From the IMG/VR virus record IMGVR_UViG_3300050029_000114, positions 1 to 64,000 of that record: a DNA stretch of 64,000 nt, one strand, 5' to 3'. Position 1 is the stretch's first letter; every line of letters starts with the position of its first letter. The DNA is from a virus. The notes beneath the pieces were generated by a model that searched no databases, was not told the DNA's origin, and saw only the letters and a program-made list of their open reading frames with translations. Made by a program: the position numbers and the translations under genes. Shown here piece by piece: positions 29,106 through 38,994 of the stretch.

Positions 29106-30250
29106 CAGGTGTTCCTCGCCGCAACCGACACGAAAGTCTGCGGCGCGGTCAAATCGGCGACGAACGTGAAGCTCTGGATCGCCACCGTCGGGATCACCCC
29201 AAGGTCGGCCATCAAGTCGACCGTCACCACGTCGTAGCCTTCGAGCGCCGGGTGCGGGGCCGCGGACCATGAAAGCTGTTCGCTGCCGCCCGCGTTCTGG
29301 AGCAGCAACGCCAGCGCAGCGGCGTCGCAGTCGCCCTGAGTCGTGATAGACGATGTGTTCAAGAACACCGGCCTCCGCCCGAACGCACCCGGGTAGATCG
29401 GCGACAACGGGTTCGTTATCTCGGCCTCACCGCGCAACGGCACAGCGATCCCGGTCCCGCTCGCCGTCACCACCGCTACGTTCGCGGCGGCCTTCCCGCC
29501 GACGGGGGCGAGCGTCACCAGCCGGTTCGTCGCTGCCGTCGTAAGGTTCTCGTCGCCCGCCAGGTACTCCCAAACTGGCGGCAGGCTCGTCGGGTCCGGG
29601 TATGCCCTCAACACGACGGTCCCGGTCGCGTCGAAGTAGAGCACCATCCCCCCGGCCGCCGCCAAAGCGATCGCGCTCGCCCACGGGTCGGTGTTCTCCT
29701 GATAGACCGTCAACGGGACAAGCTGGCCGGTGCCCGCCAAGTTGTATGTCAGGCCCGGGTACCGGGAATCGATGATATCGTGGATCGCCGTCGCCAGGTT
29801 CGTCCCGGCCGCGATCACATACGGAACCTCGAACTTGGCCCCCGCCACCACCACCGACCGGTCGCTGCCGATCAACGGGATCGCCCCGGTCGTGTCCGGC
29901 GTAACATCCTCCAGGCGGAACACCCCGCACGGCAGGAGCTCGGGCGGGCTGCCGTCGTTGTAGTCGAACCCGCTGTATAGCAATAGCTCCGATAGGTACG
30001 GGGCGAGCGGCGCATTCGGGTTCGTCGGGGTCAGCGACAGGTCGCCCGGGTCGACGCTCGATGCTCTCAGTTTCCGCAGGGTCGGCGCTGTCGTGTCGAG
30101 CGTGACCGCCGCACCGGGCAGCAACGGAATGTCCTTCAACGTCGAGGACACCGCGCCCGACGAGATGTTCACCTGCTGAATGTCAGCGCGCACCACCGGG
30201 CTCCCGCCGTTGATCACTGCGTTGTCGAACGCCTTCGTCCGGGTCAGCAT
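29105..30250 (-). CDS. Minor tail / baseplate hub protein
   Basis: Second gene after the tape measure; MLTRTKAF start at 30250. Confidence 0.7.
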   Translation of the reverse strand: MLTRTKAFDNAVINGGSPVVRADIQQVNISSGAVSSTLKDIPLLPGAAVTLDTTAPTLRKLRASSVDPGDLSLTPTNPNAPLAPYLSELLLYSGFDYNDGSPPELLPCGVFRLEDVTPDTTGAIPLIGSDRSVVVAGAKFEVPYVIAAGTNLATAIHDIIDSRYPGLTYNLAGTGQLVPLTVYQENTDPWASAIALAAAGGMVLYFDATGTVVLRAYPDPTSLPPVWEYLAGDENLTTAATNRLVTLAPVGGKAAANVAVVTASGTGIAVPLRGEAEITNPLSPIYPGAFGRRPVFLNTSSITTQGDCDAAALALLLQNAGGSEQLSWSAAPHPALEGYDVVTVDLMADLGVIPTVAIQSFTFVADLTAPQTFVSVAARNT

Positions 30251-30251
30251 C

Positions 30252-31796
30252 TCACGGGACGGCGACCTGATAGAAGTCGAACGATACCGTCCTGAACTGG
30301 CTCGTGTTTTGGTCGTTCGTCGTGGTCCGCACCGTGGTTGGCTGGGCCGACAGCCGCCCATAGAACTGCTCCATCTCGTCGTCGCCGTAAAGGGTCTGGA
30401 GGAGCAGCGTGTCCCGGGCGGCCCGCAACGCCAGCCATGCCTCCCATGCGGTGTCGTTCGGGAAGAACAACGTCACCGTGATCGTCGATGCCCGCAGCGC
30501 GCCGATATGCACGACCGGGAACTGGCGGTTGATCGGGTTGAACACCGTCACCGCCGCGTCGCCCTTGTCGCCCATCCCCACCACCTGGCAGAGCCCGGTG
30601 TTCAACGCCGGGTTCGACACCGACTTCAGCCACGTCAATCCGTCGCTCGGCTGCGTGTACTTCGTGACCGTCGAATACGGGCCCGGCACGAGGATCGGTC
30701 CCGCCAGCGTGTCCACGACCTGGGCCCGGTACTGAGTCTGCGGCTTCGTCGCGCTACGCGGGCACTCATAGTCGTATGCGACGTTCGCCCCGCCTCCCAC
30801 CAGCACGGGCGCCAGGTTCAAGCCGCGCACGAAGCGCCACGTCACCCCGCCGTCGTCGGACCGCTGGACCGTGTAGTTCGTCGGTACGTCGCCGCCGGTC
30901 GGTGTGACCGTGAGCCTTGTCCTCCCGTTAGCAAGGTCGGCACCAACCGCCAGGAGGGGCGCTGGCGGTGCCGCCAGCGAGATCGTGTACTGCGAATGGG
31001 CCCAACTGCCTGTCAAGCCGGACAGGGCCGAAGTCGCCCTCGTGTAGACCCGCCACACGCCGTTCATCTGGAGAACTGTCGGCGTGTATGTCGTCACCCC
31101 GGCACCTACCGTGACCCGCTCGGTCGCCGGGGAACTAGCCGCGTCGAACCCGGGGGCCTGGTACTGCGCCTGCGTGAAGAACGCCACTTGCGCTGAAGCT
31201 TCGCTCCCGCCTTCCGGATCACTGTACGTCCAGGCGGCCTGCGGGACCGCTGTCGTCGTGACCGTCCCGGTCGGCGCCGTCGGGGTCGCTGTCGGCGGCA
31301 GGTAGTAGGTGACAATGATCGAGACTTTGTAGATCGAGACGCCCGCCTCGACGTTCTGGAACACGAGGGCTAGCTGGTTTAGCTGGGCCGGTGACAATGC
31401 CCCCGAATACGTGAACCCGTATGGGCCGCCCACCCCGGAGCCCGGTGAGGCGGCGTGAACGATGTTGTTGTTCGTCACTGTCGCCAGCACGGTCGAAGTC
31501 GTCGTGTCGATTAGCTGGACCGTCTCGAAGTTGCGGCCGAGCGTGTTCGGGTCGGTCCCGGTCGCCCGATATTGGATGGTCAGATATTGGAGCGTGGCAT
31601 TGGCTGGCAGCGCATACGGCCCGAACCCAATCTCGAAGTTGACAGCGGTGTTGCTCGACGGATTCGTGACATAGCTGTTGTCGTTGTTGTCAGCAAGGAT
31701 CGCGTCGATCGTGTTCGACGGCGCCGAGCCCTGCGTCAACGTCCACGCCCCGCCGTTCCCGATAGTCGAAGTCGGGTTAAGGGTATGCGTCGTCAC
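30252..31796 (-). CDS. Minor tail protein with fibronectin/Ig-like segments
   Basis: Directly after the tape measure; WTYSDPEG, YTVQRSDDGG.TW motifs. Confidence 0.7.
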   Translation of the reverse strand: MTTHTLNPTSTIGNGGAWTLTQGSAPSNTIDAILADNNDNSYVTNPSSNTAVNFEIGFGPYALPANATLQYLTIQYRATGTDPNTLGRNFETVQLIDTTTSTVLATVTNNNIVHAASPGSGVGGPYGFTYSGALSPAQLNQLALVFQNVEAGVSIYKVSIIVTYYLPPTATPTAPTGTVTTTAVPQAAWTYSDPEGGSEASAQVAFFTQAQYQAPGFDAASSPATERVTVGAGVTTYTPTVLQMNGVWRVYTRATSALSGLTGSWAHSQYTISLAAPPAPLLAVGADLANGRTRLTVTPTGGDVPTNYTVQRSDDGGVTWRFVRGLNLAPVLVGGGANVAYDYECPRSATKPQTQYRAQVVDTLAGPILVPGPYSTVTKYTQPSDGLTWLKSVSNPALNTGLCQVVGMGDKGDAAVTVFNPINRQFPVVHIGALRASTITVTLFFPNDTAWEAWLALRAARDTLLLQTLYGDDEMEQFYGRLSAQPTTVRTTTNDQNTSQFRTVSFDFYQVAVP

Positions 31797-34081
31797 GACC
31801 CGACTCCCGCCTGCGCCATCCCCAACACCCGCTGCAAGGTGGCCGCTATCTCGTGTTCGGCGATGCTCTTGAACGCCGCCATCACGTCGTCAGCGTTGGT
31901 GCCCGGCCCGAAGCTCGCCGATATCTCGATCGTCCCGATCAGCGGCCCCCCGCCTGGCCCGCTCGGGCTGCCCGATCGGGTCTGCTGGGCGTTCTGCTGC
32001 ATCTGACGGGACACGACGAACTCTCCGCCGTGACCGACCATCAGGATTGGTTCGTCAGGCCGCCCCGGTATCCACCCGCCCTCCTGGGCATGGAACAAGC
32101 CCCCGACCTTACCGATGGCGCCGGTCACCCCGCCGATCACCCCGGCGATGCCGCTGACCGCTCCGCTGATCTTCGACGCTATCCCCTGGATGATGCTCCA
32201 CGCCGTCTGGATCACCTTGGTCACGCCCGCCCATGCGTCGTTCCACGCCGTCTTGAACGTGTTGATCGCCACGGTTATGAGCCCGAGGCCGAGGTTAACG
32301 ATGAAGTTGAATACCGTCTGCATCTGGCTCCATGCCGTCTGGACTACCGCCGACACCCCGGCCCATACGGCATTCCAAACGGTTTGAAGGAGGAGAATAT
32401 TTAGGCGAATCGGCAGTAACCCGATGTCGACTAGCGTGCGGAATATCTGGATAACCACCGAAACTACAGCCTCTGTGATCGCCTTGATCGCGCCCCAAAT
32501 AGCCGTCCAGTGATCCTTCACCAGCATAATCGCGGCCACGAACGGCAGGAATATCTCGATTATCAACATGATGTGCTGGCGCACAAAGTCGGCGGCCGCG
32601 CTGGCTATCGATTTGATGAATCCCCAAACGGTGTCCCAATTTCTGTACAGCAGGTAGGCCGCAGCGATCACGACGGCGATCACGGCTATGACCGGCAGGA
32701 ACGGCAGAAGCATGGCGGCCCCGGCGGCGATCGAAGCGGCAGCGGTGGCGGCCATGCTCGCTACCCAAGCGACGGCCCCGGCTATCGCCGCTGCGGCGGT
32801 CGTAGCCCATCCCGCTACGGCAGAGGCTGCCTGCGTCGCCATTGTCGCTACCCAATCCGCGGCGTACATAGCCATCAATGCGATCGTTTCGCTCAGGCTG
32901 GCCGTCGCCTCGACGGCCCATGTTGTCGCCGCCGCAGCCGCTCGGGCTGCCACTAGCAGGAATCCGGCCCCGGCCTCTGTCTCGGTGACCGTAGCGATGG
33001 CTAGCTCGGCGATGTAAACGCCGATGGCGGTTACAAGGACCCCGCCGATTACCGCTCCCAAGGCTATTGCCGCTGTCTTGTGCCGCTCCAAAAACTGCAC
33101 GCCGCTTAGGAGGATTGACGCCAATAGTTCGAGCTTCGGGATCAGCCAGAGTCCGACCTTCACGCCCAAGTCTTGGAAGGTCGCCTCCAGAACCTTCACC
33201 TTGCCACCGAACGTCTCGGCTTGCGCCTGGGCGCTCCCGGCGAACCGGGTCCCCAGCGCGGTTACAGCGAGCGCGCCCGCGTTCCCGGCGGCGGCCAGCT
33301 TCGTTGTCGCCGCTGCGACGGCCTCGTGTGCCTTCGTCACCCCGGCAGCGGCCGTGGTAACGGCCTTGTGCGCGTTGAGCAAAGCGGTCGCCGCCGCCGC
33401 CCCTTTCAGATGCCCGGACGTGACCTGCCCCTCGACGATCGTCAACTTGGCCTGGGCTGCCGTCAGTTTGTCGGATGCCGGGGCCACCGCAGCCTCGGCC
33501 TTGGCGAGCGTGTCGTGCGCCTTCGCCGCGGCGGTCACCCCGCCGTTCGCTATCCCAAGGTCAATGCCGTACCGCTTCAAGATGCCAGTGTTCCCCTCGG
33601 CCACCTTCCCGACGAGGGTCGCCGCCGTCTCCAAGTCGATATGCCGGGCAGCAGCCACGTTCACGGCGACAGCCAAGTCCTTCAACGCCAACGTCGGATT
33701 GTTTGTGGCCTGGGTCAACCGGGCGAGAGCGGCCTCGGTTTGGGCATTCGTGTACCCGTAATGCTCGTTCGTCGAATCGGCCGCCTTGATCTGCCCGGCG
33801 AACTTGTCGATGCTGCCCCCGGCCGCGGTGATGGCCGTTTCAAGTCGGGCGTGCGCTGCCTCCCACTGGTCGGCCATTTTGATGGCGAACGCCCCGCCGA
33901 CCACGGCCACCACGCCGAGCCCGAGAATGGCTTTCTGGCCGACCTGGGCGAACTTGCCGAACGTCGATTCGCTTTTCGCCTCGGCCTCGCTCGCGGCGGC
34001 CTGGACCTCTTTGTTGAGTGCGCTGGAGAACCCGCCAGTTACTGGCAAGACCTCAATGAACGCGGTGCCCACGACCCCCAT
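31793..34081 (-). CDS. Tape measure protein
   Basis: 762 aa, Ala-rich helical with periodic Trp repeats; follows the tail chaperone. Confidence 0.9.
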   Translation of the reverse strand: MGVVGTAFIEVLPVTGGFSSALNKEVQAAASEAEAKSESTFGKFAQVGQKAILGLGVVAVVGGAFAIKMADQWEAAHARLETAITAAGGSIDKFAGQIKAADSTNEHYGYTNAQTEAALARLTQATNNPTLALKDLAVAVNVAAARHIDLETAATLVGKVAEGNTGILKRYGIDLGIANGGVTAAAKAHDTLAKAEAAVAPASDKLTAAQAKLTIVEGQVTSGHLKGAAAATALLNAHKAVTTAAAGVTKAHEAVAAATTKLAAAGNAGALAVTALGTRFAGSAQAQAETFGGKVKVLEATFQDLGVKVGLWLIPKLELLASILLSGVQFLERHKTAAIALGAVIGGVLVTAIGVYIAELAIATVTETEAGAGFLLVAARAAAAATTWAVEATASLSETIALMAMYAADWVATMATQAASAVAGWATTAAAAIAGAVAWVASMAATAAASIAAGAAMLLPFLPVIAVIAVVIAAAYLLYRNWDTVWGFIKSIASAAADFVRQHIMLIIEIFLPFVAAIMLVKDHWTAIWGAIKAITEAVVSVVIQIFRTLVDIGLLPIRLNILLLQTVWNAVWAGVSAVVQTAWSQMQTVFNFIVNLGLGLITVAINTFKTAWNDAWAGVTKVIQTAWSIIQGIASKISGAVSGIAGVIGGVTGAIGKVGGLFHAQEGGWIPGRPDEPILMVGHGGEFVVSRQMQQNAQQTRSGSPSGPGGGPLIGTIEISASFGPGTNADDVMAAFKSIAEHEIAATLQRVLGMAQAGVGS

Positions 34082-34083
34082 CG

Positions 34084-34733
34084 TCAGCCTCCGCCTATCA
34101 GGCCCATCATCGCGGCCTGCCCGGCCTGGGCGGCCTCGCTCTCACCCCACGCCTCGCGGGTCGGGTCGTCCGCGCCGTCAAGCCACTTATCGAACTCAGC
34201 TTTCTCCTTCGCATCGAGGTTCCGGGTGAACATGACGTACAGGACGCTCAGTAGTCGCGGCAGCCTTAGCCGCGTGAGGTCGACGCCTTCGAGGAGCGCG
34301 TTGCCGTCGATCGTCTCCCATTGCCAGGCAGCGAGCCAGAGGAGCGTCGCTGCTCTCGTGTAGGGCGGCCCGTGTATACCTCCATCAGTTCGTTGAACGC
34401 GTCCCCGAATGTCTCGCTTGGAATCATGATGTCGTGTCGCTCATAGATAGCGTCGTGGAGCACCGCATACTCGTCCTCGGGCAAAACGCGCCGGTAAAAC
34501 TCCATGATCCCGTTGATATCAACGATCTGCCGTCCGCGCTGGTCGTAGCGGACGAGTCGCCCGATAGTCATGTCGAGGCCGACGCCCGGATCGCCCATTG
34601 CCGTGAACTGGAGAATTTCGTGTTCGCCGGGGATGATCCGTTGGTTGCTATCGACCTTGTTGAACTTCAAGCCGAATGTGACCGGTTCTCGTTCGGGCTC
34701 CGTTGAGGCCTCGAAGATTCCTAGGTCGGGCAT
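34084..34733 (-). CDS. Tail assembly chaperone, long (-1 frameshift) form
   Basis: At CGC CCT ACA (~34360-34368) the -1 frame reads YTRAATLLWLAAWQWETIDG...MMGLIGGG-stop at 34084, abutting the tape measure start. Confidence 0.75.
34266..34733 (-). CDS. Tail assembly chaperone, short form
   Basis: GAAGGAG SD; ends YTGRPT plus a low-complexity tail. Confidence 0.75.
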   Translation of the reverse strand: MPDLGIFEASTEPEREPVTFGLKFNKVDSNQRIIPGEHEILQFTAMGDPGVGLDMTIGRLVRYDQRGRQIVDINGIMEFYRRVLPEDEYAVLHDAIYERHDIMIPSETFGDAFNELMEVYTGRPTREQRRSSGSLPGNGRRSTATRSSKASTSRG

Positions 34734-34749
34734 GGGTTCTCCTTCGTTG

Positions 34750-35139
34750 TTAGAAGCTGTTGACTTCGGCTAGGGCCTCGGCGAGTTTCTTCTCCAAGTA
34801 GGGTCGGAACTCGCTGCCCGGGTGGTTGACGTGACGCAAGAACATGAGTTGGCCGCCCATCTTCTTCCAGTTGAACACGAGCAGCGGGTTCCCGTCGATG
34901 GGGTGGGGGGCGGTCTTGGTCTTGTCGGTCCCGACCATGATGTGCGGGCCGTCGGACTGCATCGACATGCGCTTCACGATGGTCGGGCCAAGGAACTCTC
35001 GTGCGAACTTGGGGCTCAGCAGCGATATCGTTTTCAGCTTGATCCGCTCGCCCAACACCAGCATGTGGCGGGCGAGCGGACCGTCCGTCTCTCGGAAGAA
35101 TGCCGCCACGGCGGCGCGGTCGATATCTACTTTCGCCAT
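34750..35139 (-). CDS. Neck/tail completion protein (HK97 gp10-like)
   Basis: Position; VNHPG...PYL..AL motif. Confidence 0.6.
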   Translation of the reverse strand: MAKVDIDRAAVAAFFRETDGPLARHMLVLGERIKLKTISLLSPKFAREFLGPTIVKRMSMQSDGPHIMVGTDKTKTAPHPIDGNPLLVFNWKKMGGQLMFLRHVNHPGSEFRPYLEKKLAEALAEVNSF

Positions 35140-35639
35140 CAGGTCAGGTCGATCGTGACGATCATGGTCATGCCGCCTATCTCCCCGGCGGCCGGGGTCG
35201 GGGTGACCGGGCCCAGCGACACGCCTTTCGGGTCGCCGAACGCTCGTGCGTTGGCGGCGGTCATCAGGCCCCGGTGCATCAGGAACGCATCCGTCATCAG
35301 GTCGATGCCGCTCGCCTGAATGTCGGCGGCGCTCGGCGCCATCGTGCCCTGCCCGACGCCCTCCAAACTCGGGATCAGCCGGTTGATCTGCACCGTGAAC
35401 GTCGCCACCCGCGTCGACGACGGCCGGATGAACTGCGGCGTGGCGGCCTGGCCGGGCGTGCCAGTGAAGATCGAGTCGAACGCCACCACCAACTGCTCGC
35501 AGTCCTCCGCGATCGTCGTCCCGGTCGCGAACTGGCGGTCCGGCAACGGTACCGGCGGGCTCGCCGTAGCGAACGCGTTCTGGACTGCCGCCAGCAACGC
35601 TAGGGCGAGGTCGGCGGCGTTCGTGTTCCCGGTGCTCAC
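35139..35639 (-). CDS. Tail terminator-like protein
   Basis: Position; DCEQL.V motif seen in actinophage neck proteins. Confidence 0.55.
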   Translation of the reverse strand: MSTGNTNAADLALALLAAVQNAFATASPPVPLPDRQFATGTTIAEDCEQLVVAFDSIFTGTPGQAATPQFIRPSSTRVATFTVQINRLIPSLEGVGQGTMAPSAADIQASGIDLMTDAFLMHRGLMTAANARAFGDPKGVSLGPVTPTPAAGEIGGMTMIVTIDLT

Positions 35640-36073
35640 TCGGGGGCTCCTAGCGGTACGCCCTTCAGGCGTTCAAGCTGGGTTATCAACCGGGTGCGCG
35701 GCAGGTCGCGGCGGCGCTCGGCAATCAGAGCCACGGATGCGGCGGCCTTGACGGCCGGGTGGCCCTGCACCCAGGCGATCACGACGTTCGCCGCGCCGGT
35801 CGGCGCGATCAGCATGGACGGTCCGTACCGTTTCATCTGCTGGTCGGGGGCGACGGCGATCTTCGCTGCCATCGCCGTCCGGCTTCTCGGCCCGGATTCC
35901 TCCCACAACCGCCGCAGGATGGTCGTCTCCAACTCGCTGACTCCCAGCCGCTCCAGTCTGGCGGTCGGGAACGTCGCATCCGACCTCGGCGGGGCCGGCT
36001 GGCCGCGCCTGTCGCCGACCTTCCGCCGGGGCGGGTAGTTCGGATGCGGGAACCCGGCGTACGGGTCAGGCAT
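35636..36073 (-). CDS. Hypothetical protein
   Basis: 145 aa, coupled on both sides. Confidence 0.55.
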   Translation of the reverse strand: MPDPYAGFPHPNYPPRRKVGDRRGQPAPPRSDATFPTARLERLGVSELETTILRRLWEESGPRSRTAMAAKIAVAPDQQMKRYGPSMLIAPTGAANVVIAWVQGHPAVKAAASVALIAERRRDLPRTRLITQLERLKGVPLGAPE

Positions 36074-36602
36074 TGGCTGGGACTCTGCTCGTGATGAATC
36101 CTCGGCGGCGGGCCTCCCGCACCCAGGCGCGGGCCCGGTCGACGGTCACGCCGTTCGCCTCCGCCAGCTTCACGGTCGGGGCCGCCGACTGTGTAGCCGC
36201 CAGCCCATAGGCGTCCGCCACGGAACGGTAGAACTCGTCGTCACGCATGGCCCCGTCACCGGCCACGAGGGCGGCGAGGGTGTCGGCCTGTTCCTCGGCT
36301 CCGTCCCGCTCGCCCCACTCGGAGCGTGTCGCGGCCTCGGCTCGTTCCTGGCTGTCGGTTGCGTCGTGATGGTGCGTGGCAAGCTCAGCAAGAAGCTCGG
36401 ATCGGCCGGGCCCGTTAGCCCAAGCGATCAGCCGTCCCGTCGGCACCCCGCGCACGACTGGCGATCCGATCCCGGCGCGCCGGGCGAGCAGCAGTTCGAC
36501 GATGACGAGGCGCCCGTCGACCTGGCGGAAGCGGGCTCGGGCCTCGGTGCCGTCGTCGAGGGTCGCCCGGCACCATCCTGCCCGGGTCGCTATCACGTTC
36601 AC
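36066..36602 (-). CDS. HTH protein (DUF6214-like)
   Basis: FYRSVADAY...LAEANGVTVDRARAWVREARRRGF; leaderless TAGTGT-N6-GTG. Confidence 0.65.
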   Translation of the reverse strand: MNVIATRAGWCRATLDDGTEARARFRQVDGRLVIVELLLARRAGIGSPVVRGVPTGRLIAWANGPGRSELLAELATHHHDATDSQERAEAATRSEWGERDGAEEQADTLAALVAGDGAMRDDEFYRSVADAYGLAATQSAAPTVKLAEANGVTVDRARAWVREARRRGFITSRVPANA

Positions 36603-36657
36603 CAGGCCACACTACATGAGCATCCGCCGACTTGGCCGGATGGTTAGTAGATTGGGA

Positions 36658-37806
36658 TCAGGTGCCCTTGTAGTTGAGAACCTGATGCAACGTGTGCTCG
36701 ATCGCGACGAGGTCCGCTTGGTCGGCCATCACCTGGTCGATCGACTTGTATGAATCGGGGTGTTCGTCGAGCAGCGCCTTCGCGTCTCCGTCATTCCACG
36801 CCCGGCCCTTCATCGCTGTCTCTAACGATTCGACGGTCAACGTCTTACGGGCCGCCGATCGGGACATGCGCCGTCCCGCACCATGTGAGCACGACTCGTA
36901 GCTGGCCGGATTCCCGAGCCCGCGGACAATGTAGCTCGACGTGCCCATCGAACCGGGGATCACGCCCTCGTCGCCGGTCCCGGCTTTGATCGCCCCTTTG
37001 CGGGTCAGCCACACGTTCCGGCCGTGGTGGTTCTCCATCTGCGTGAAGTTGTGATGGCAGTTGATGCGGCGTACCTCGTTGCCGACGCCGTGCTCCCGGT
37101 CAACGCCAACGAATCCCCATAGCTGGGTGAGAACGGCATCCATCATCGCGGCGCGGTTCCCTAGCGCGTACCGCTGCGCCCATTGCATGTCGCTGATGTA
37201 GGCGTCGAACTCGTGGGTTCCCTGGACGAGATAGGCAAGGTCGGGGTCGTCTAGCTCGATGAACCATTGGCGCATGAGCCGCTTCGCCCCGTCGATGTGC
37301 TTCTTGGCTAGCTGGTTGCCGATCCCTCTGCTACCGGAGTGGAGAACGACCCACACCCGGTCGCGTTCGTCGAGGCAGACCTCGACGAAATGGTTGCCGC
37401 TGCCCAAGCTGCCATATTGGTTGGCGGCGGTCGCTGCCTCTTTCTGGCTGAAGTGCGCTGGTATCTCGACCCCGCGCGCTGATGCGTGGCCCTTGCCTAC
37501 CCCGGCCGGTACAACCTCGGCGATCCACCCGTGGAGCGGGTCAAGGTTGTCGGGCAGGCCGTCGGCGACTAGGTCCGTCTCGACGGCGATCATGCCGCAG
37601 CCGATATCGACACCGACCGCTGCTGGGACGATCGCTCCTCGTGTCGGGATGACCGATCCGATGGTAGCTCCGATACCGATATGGGCGTCGGGCATGAGGG
37701 CAAGATGCCCGTCAATGAATGGCAGTCGGCTGGCTTTGGCTGCCTGCTCGATCGTGGCGGCCTCGATGTCCGAGCCCCACGCCAGCACGTTACCGATCTT
37801 CTGCAC
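36658..37806 (-). CDS. rtcB: RtcB RNA 2',3'-cyclic phosphate/5'-OH ligase
   Basis: LMPDAH.G, GVDIGCG, GSGNHF.E, LHSGSRG, HHN, RKGA, PGSMG, SHGAGR; GTG at 37806 after GAGAAAGG. Confidence 0.96.
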   Translation of the reverse strand: MQKIGNVLAWGSDIEAATIEQAAKASRLPFIDGHLALMPDAHIGIGATIGSVIPTRGAIVPAAVGVDIGCGMIAVETDLVADGLPDNLDPLHGWIAEVVPAGVGKGHASARGVEIPAHFSQKEAATAANQYGSLGSGNHFVEVCLDERDRVWVVLHSGSRGIGNQLAKKHIDGAKRLMRQWFIELDDPDLAYLVQGTHEFDAYISDMQWAQRYALGNRAAMMDAVLTQLWGFVGVDREHGVGNEVRRINCHHNFTQMENHHGRNVWLTRKGAIKAGTGDEGVIPGSMGTSSYIVRGLGNPASYESCSHGAGRRMSRSAARKTLTVESLETAMKGRAWNDGDAKALLDEHPDSYKSIDQVMADQADLVAIEHTLHQVLNYKGT

Positions 37807-37828
37807 CGTCGCTGCCCTTTCTCTCGAT

Positions 37829-37971
37829 TGGCGGGAGCTAGGAGTAGGCGTGTAGAGACGCCTCGTTCTTAGGCCACGGTCTAGTTGTCGAACACAAACC
37901 CGACAGCTACGACTCGCCCGCTCGGTATGCAACCTCCTACTAGGTACCGGACTGTGGCCTCCTAGCTCCAC
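37829..37971 (-). ncRNA. Unidentified structured RNA or leader upstream of rtcB
   Basis: 11-bp terminal stem GGAGCUAGGAG/CUCCUAGCUCC enclosing four further stems; starts ~7 nt after a TATAGT -10. Confidence 0.7.
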
Positions 37972-37989
37972 GCGCCGAACTATAGCGCG

Positions 37990-38994
37990 CTAGGGGCCGA
38001 CGTGCGCCCTGATCGCCTCTGCGGCCCTCTGTGCCGCTTGCCCGTCCGTTGCGACGTAAACGGTGCGGACCATCTCCTCGCGGGCTGTGCGGACCTCTGG
38101 CGGATCGCTGAGGGCAATCTCGACGGCCCGGACTAGGTGCTCAGGGTCGGATGCCCCGACCTGGCCGCGCGGCCAGTCCCAAAACCGGCCGCCATGCTGC
38201 ACGTCCCGCCGGTACCACGGGGCGTTCAACCACACGAGCGGGATGCCCAAGCTCGCCGCCTCCGGCAGAAGACTCGTGTTGTCGCCCACCAACACCGAGG
38301 CCCGGGCGAACACGTCGTCCACGTCGGGAACTGTCTCGACGCCGATCGCCTGCCACCGCTGCTCGATCTTCCGCCATAGGCGCGGGTGGCCGTGCCCGAT
38401 CACCTTGAACCGGTCCGCCAACGCCGGGAGGGCGTCGTCGTAGTGGCGCCACGCCCCGATCGTCTCCGGTATCTTCCTCGCCCCGAACCCGTGGAACGTG
38501 ACCGCCACCGTCGGCACTACCTCGCCCAACCCTGACGGCTTCAGCTTCCCGTCGTGCCAGCGGTCCAGGCGCGGGCAGCCGACCGCCACCGCCGGGGTTT
38601 CCGGGTACTCGTCCCGCCACCGGTCGGCGACCGCCTCCGATGGGCACAAGAAGAGGGCGGTCCCGTCGTGGCCTCCGCTGCCGCTGTAGCTCGTGTCGCC
38701 CGCGGTGTTCGGGTCGCCGTCGTAGCTCTGCCCGGCGCCGTGCTCGACGTAGACGGTGCGCCGCCCGGCTCGCTCGACGGTCGTCTGATCCATGATCCCC
38801 GCTACGATCACCGCTGGGCCTAGCCCGTGGGGCGCGCCCCACTCGACCCGGTCCTGCACCCATTCGGGCGGCTCGACACTGGCGAACTGGCCCGCCAGGT
38901 AGATCGTGCCCCGCTCCCCCATATCCAGGGCCCTCCAGATCGGCTCGATATGGGCCAGGTAGTGGGTCATCGTGGCGTACACGTCGACTGTCAT
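37990..38994 (-). CDS. GT-B fold glycosyltransferase / TagF-like transferase
   Basis: VEHGAG, VGCPRLD, HGHP, VLVGDNTSL..EAA.LG.P motifs. Confidence 0.7.
   Translation of the reverse strand: MTVDVYATMTHYLAHIEPIWRALDMGERGTIYLAGQFASVEPPEWVQDRVEWGAPHGLGPAVIVAGIMDQTTVERAGRRTVYVEHGAGQSYDGDPNTAGDTSYSGSGGHDGTALFLCPSEAVADRWRDEYPETPAVAVGCPRLDRWHDGKLKPSGLGEVVPTVAVTFHGFGARKIPETIGAWRHYDDALPALADRFKVIGHGHPRLWRKIEQRWQAIGVETVPDVDDVFARASVLVGDNTSLLPEAASLGIPLVWLNAPWYRRDVQHGGRFWDWPRGQVGASDPEHLVRAVEIALSDPPEVRTAREEMVRTVYVATDGQAAQRAAEAIRAHVGP

Noticed and set aside
37807-37971. 55-aa N-terminal extension of RtcB in the ORF track
   Set aside because: Not RtcB-like. A good SD precedes GTG at 37806 and the region is better explained as structured RNA, although leaderless translation from 37971 is not excluded.
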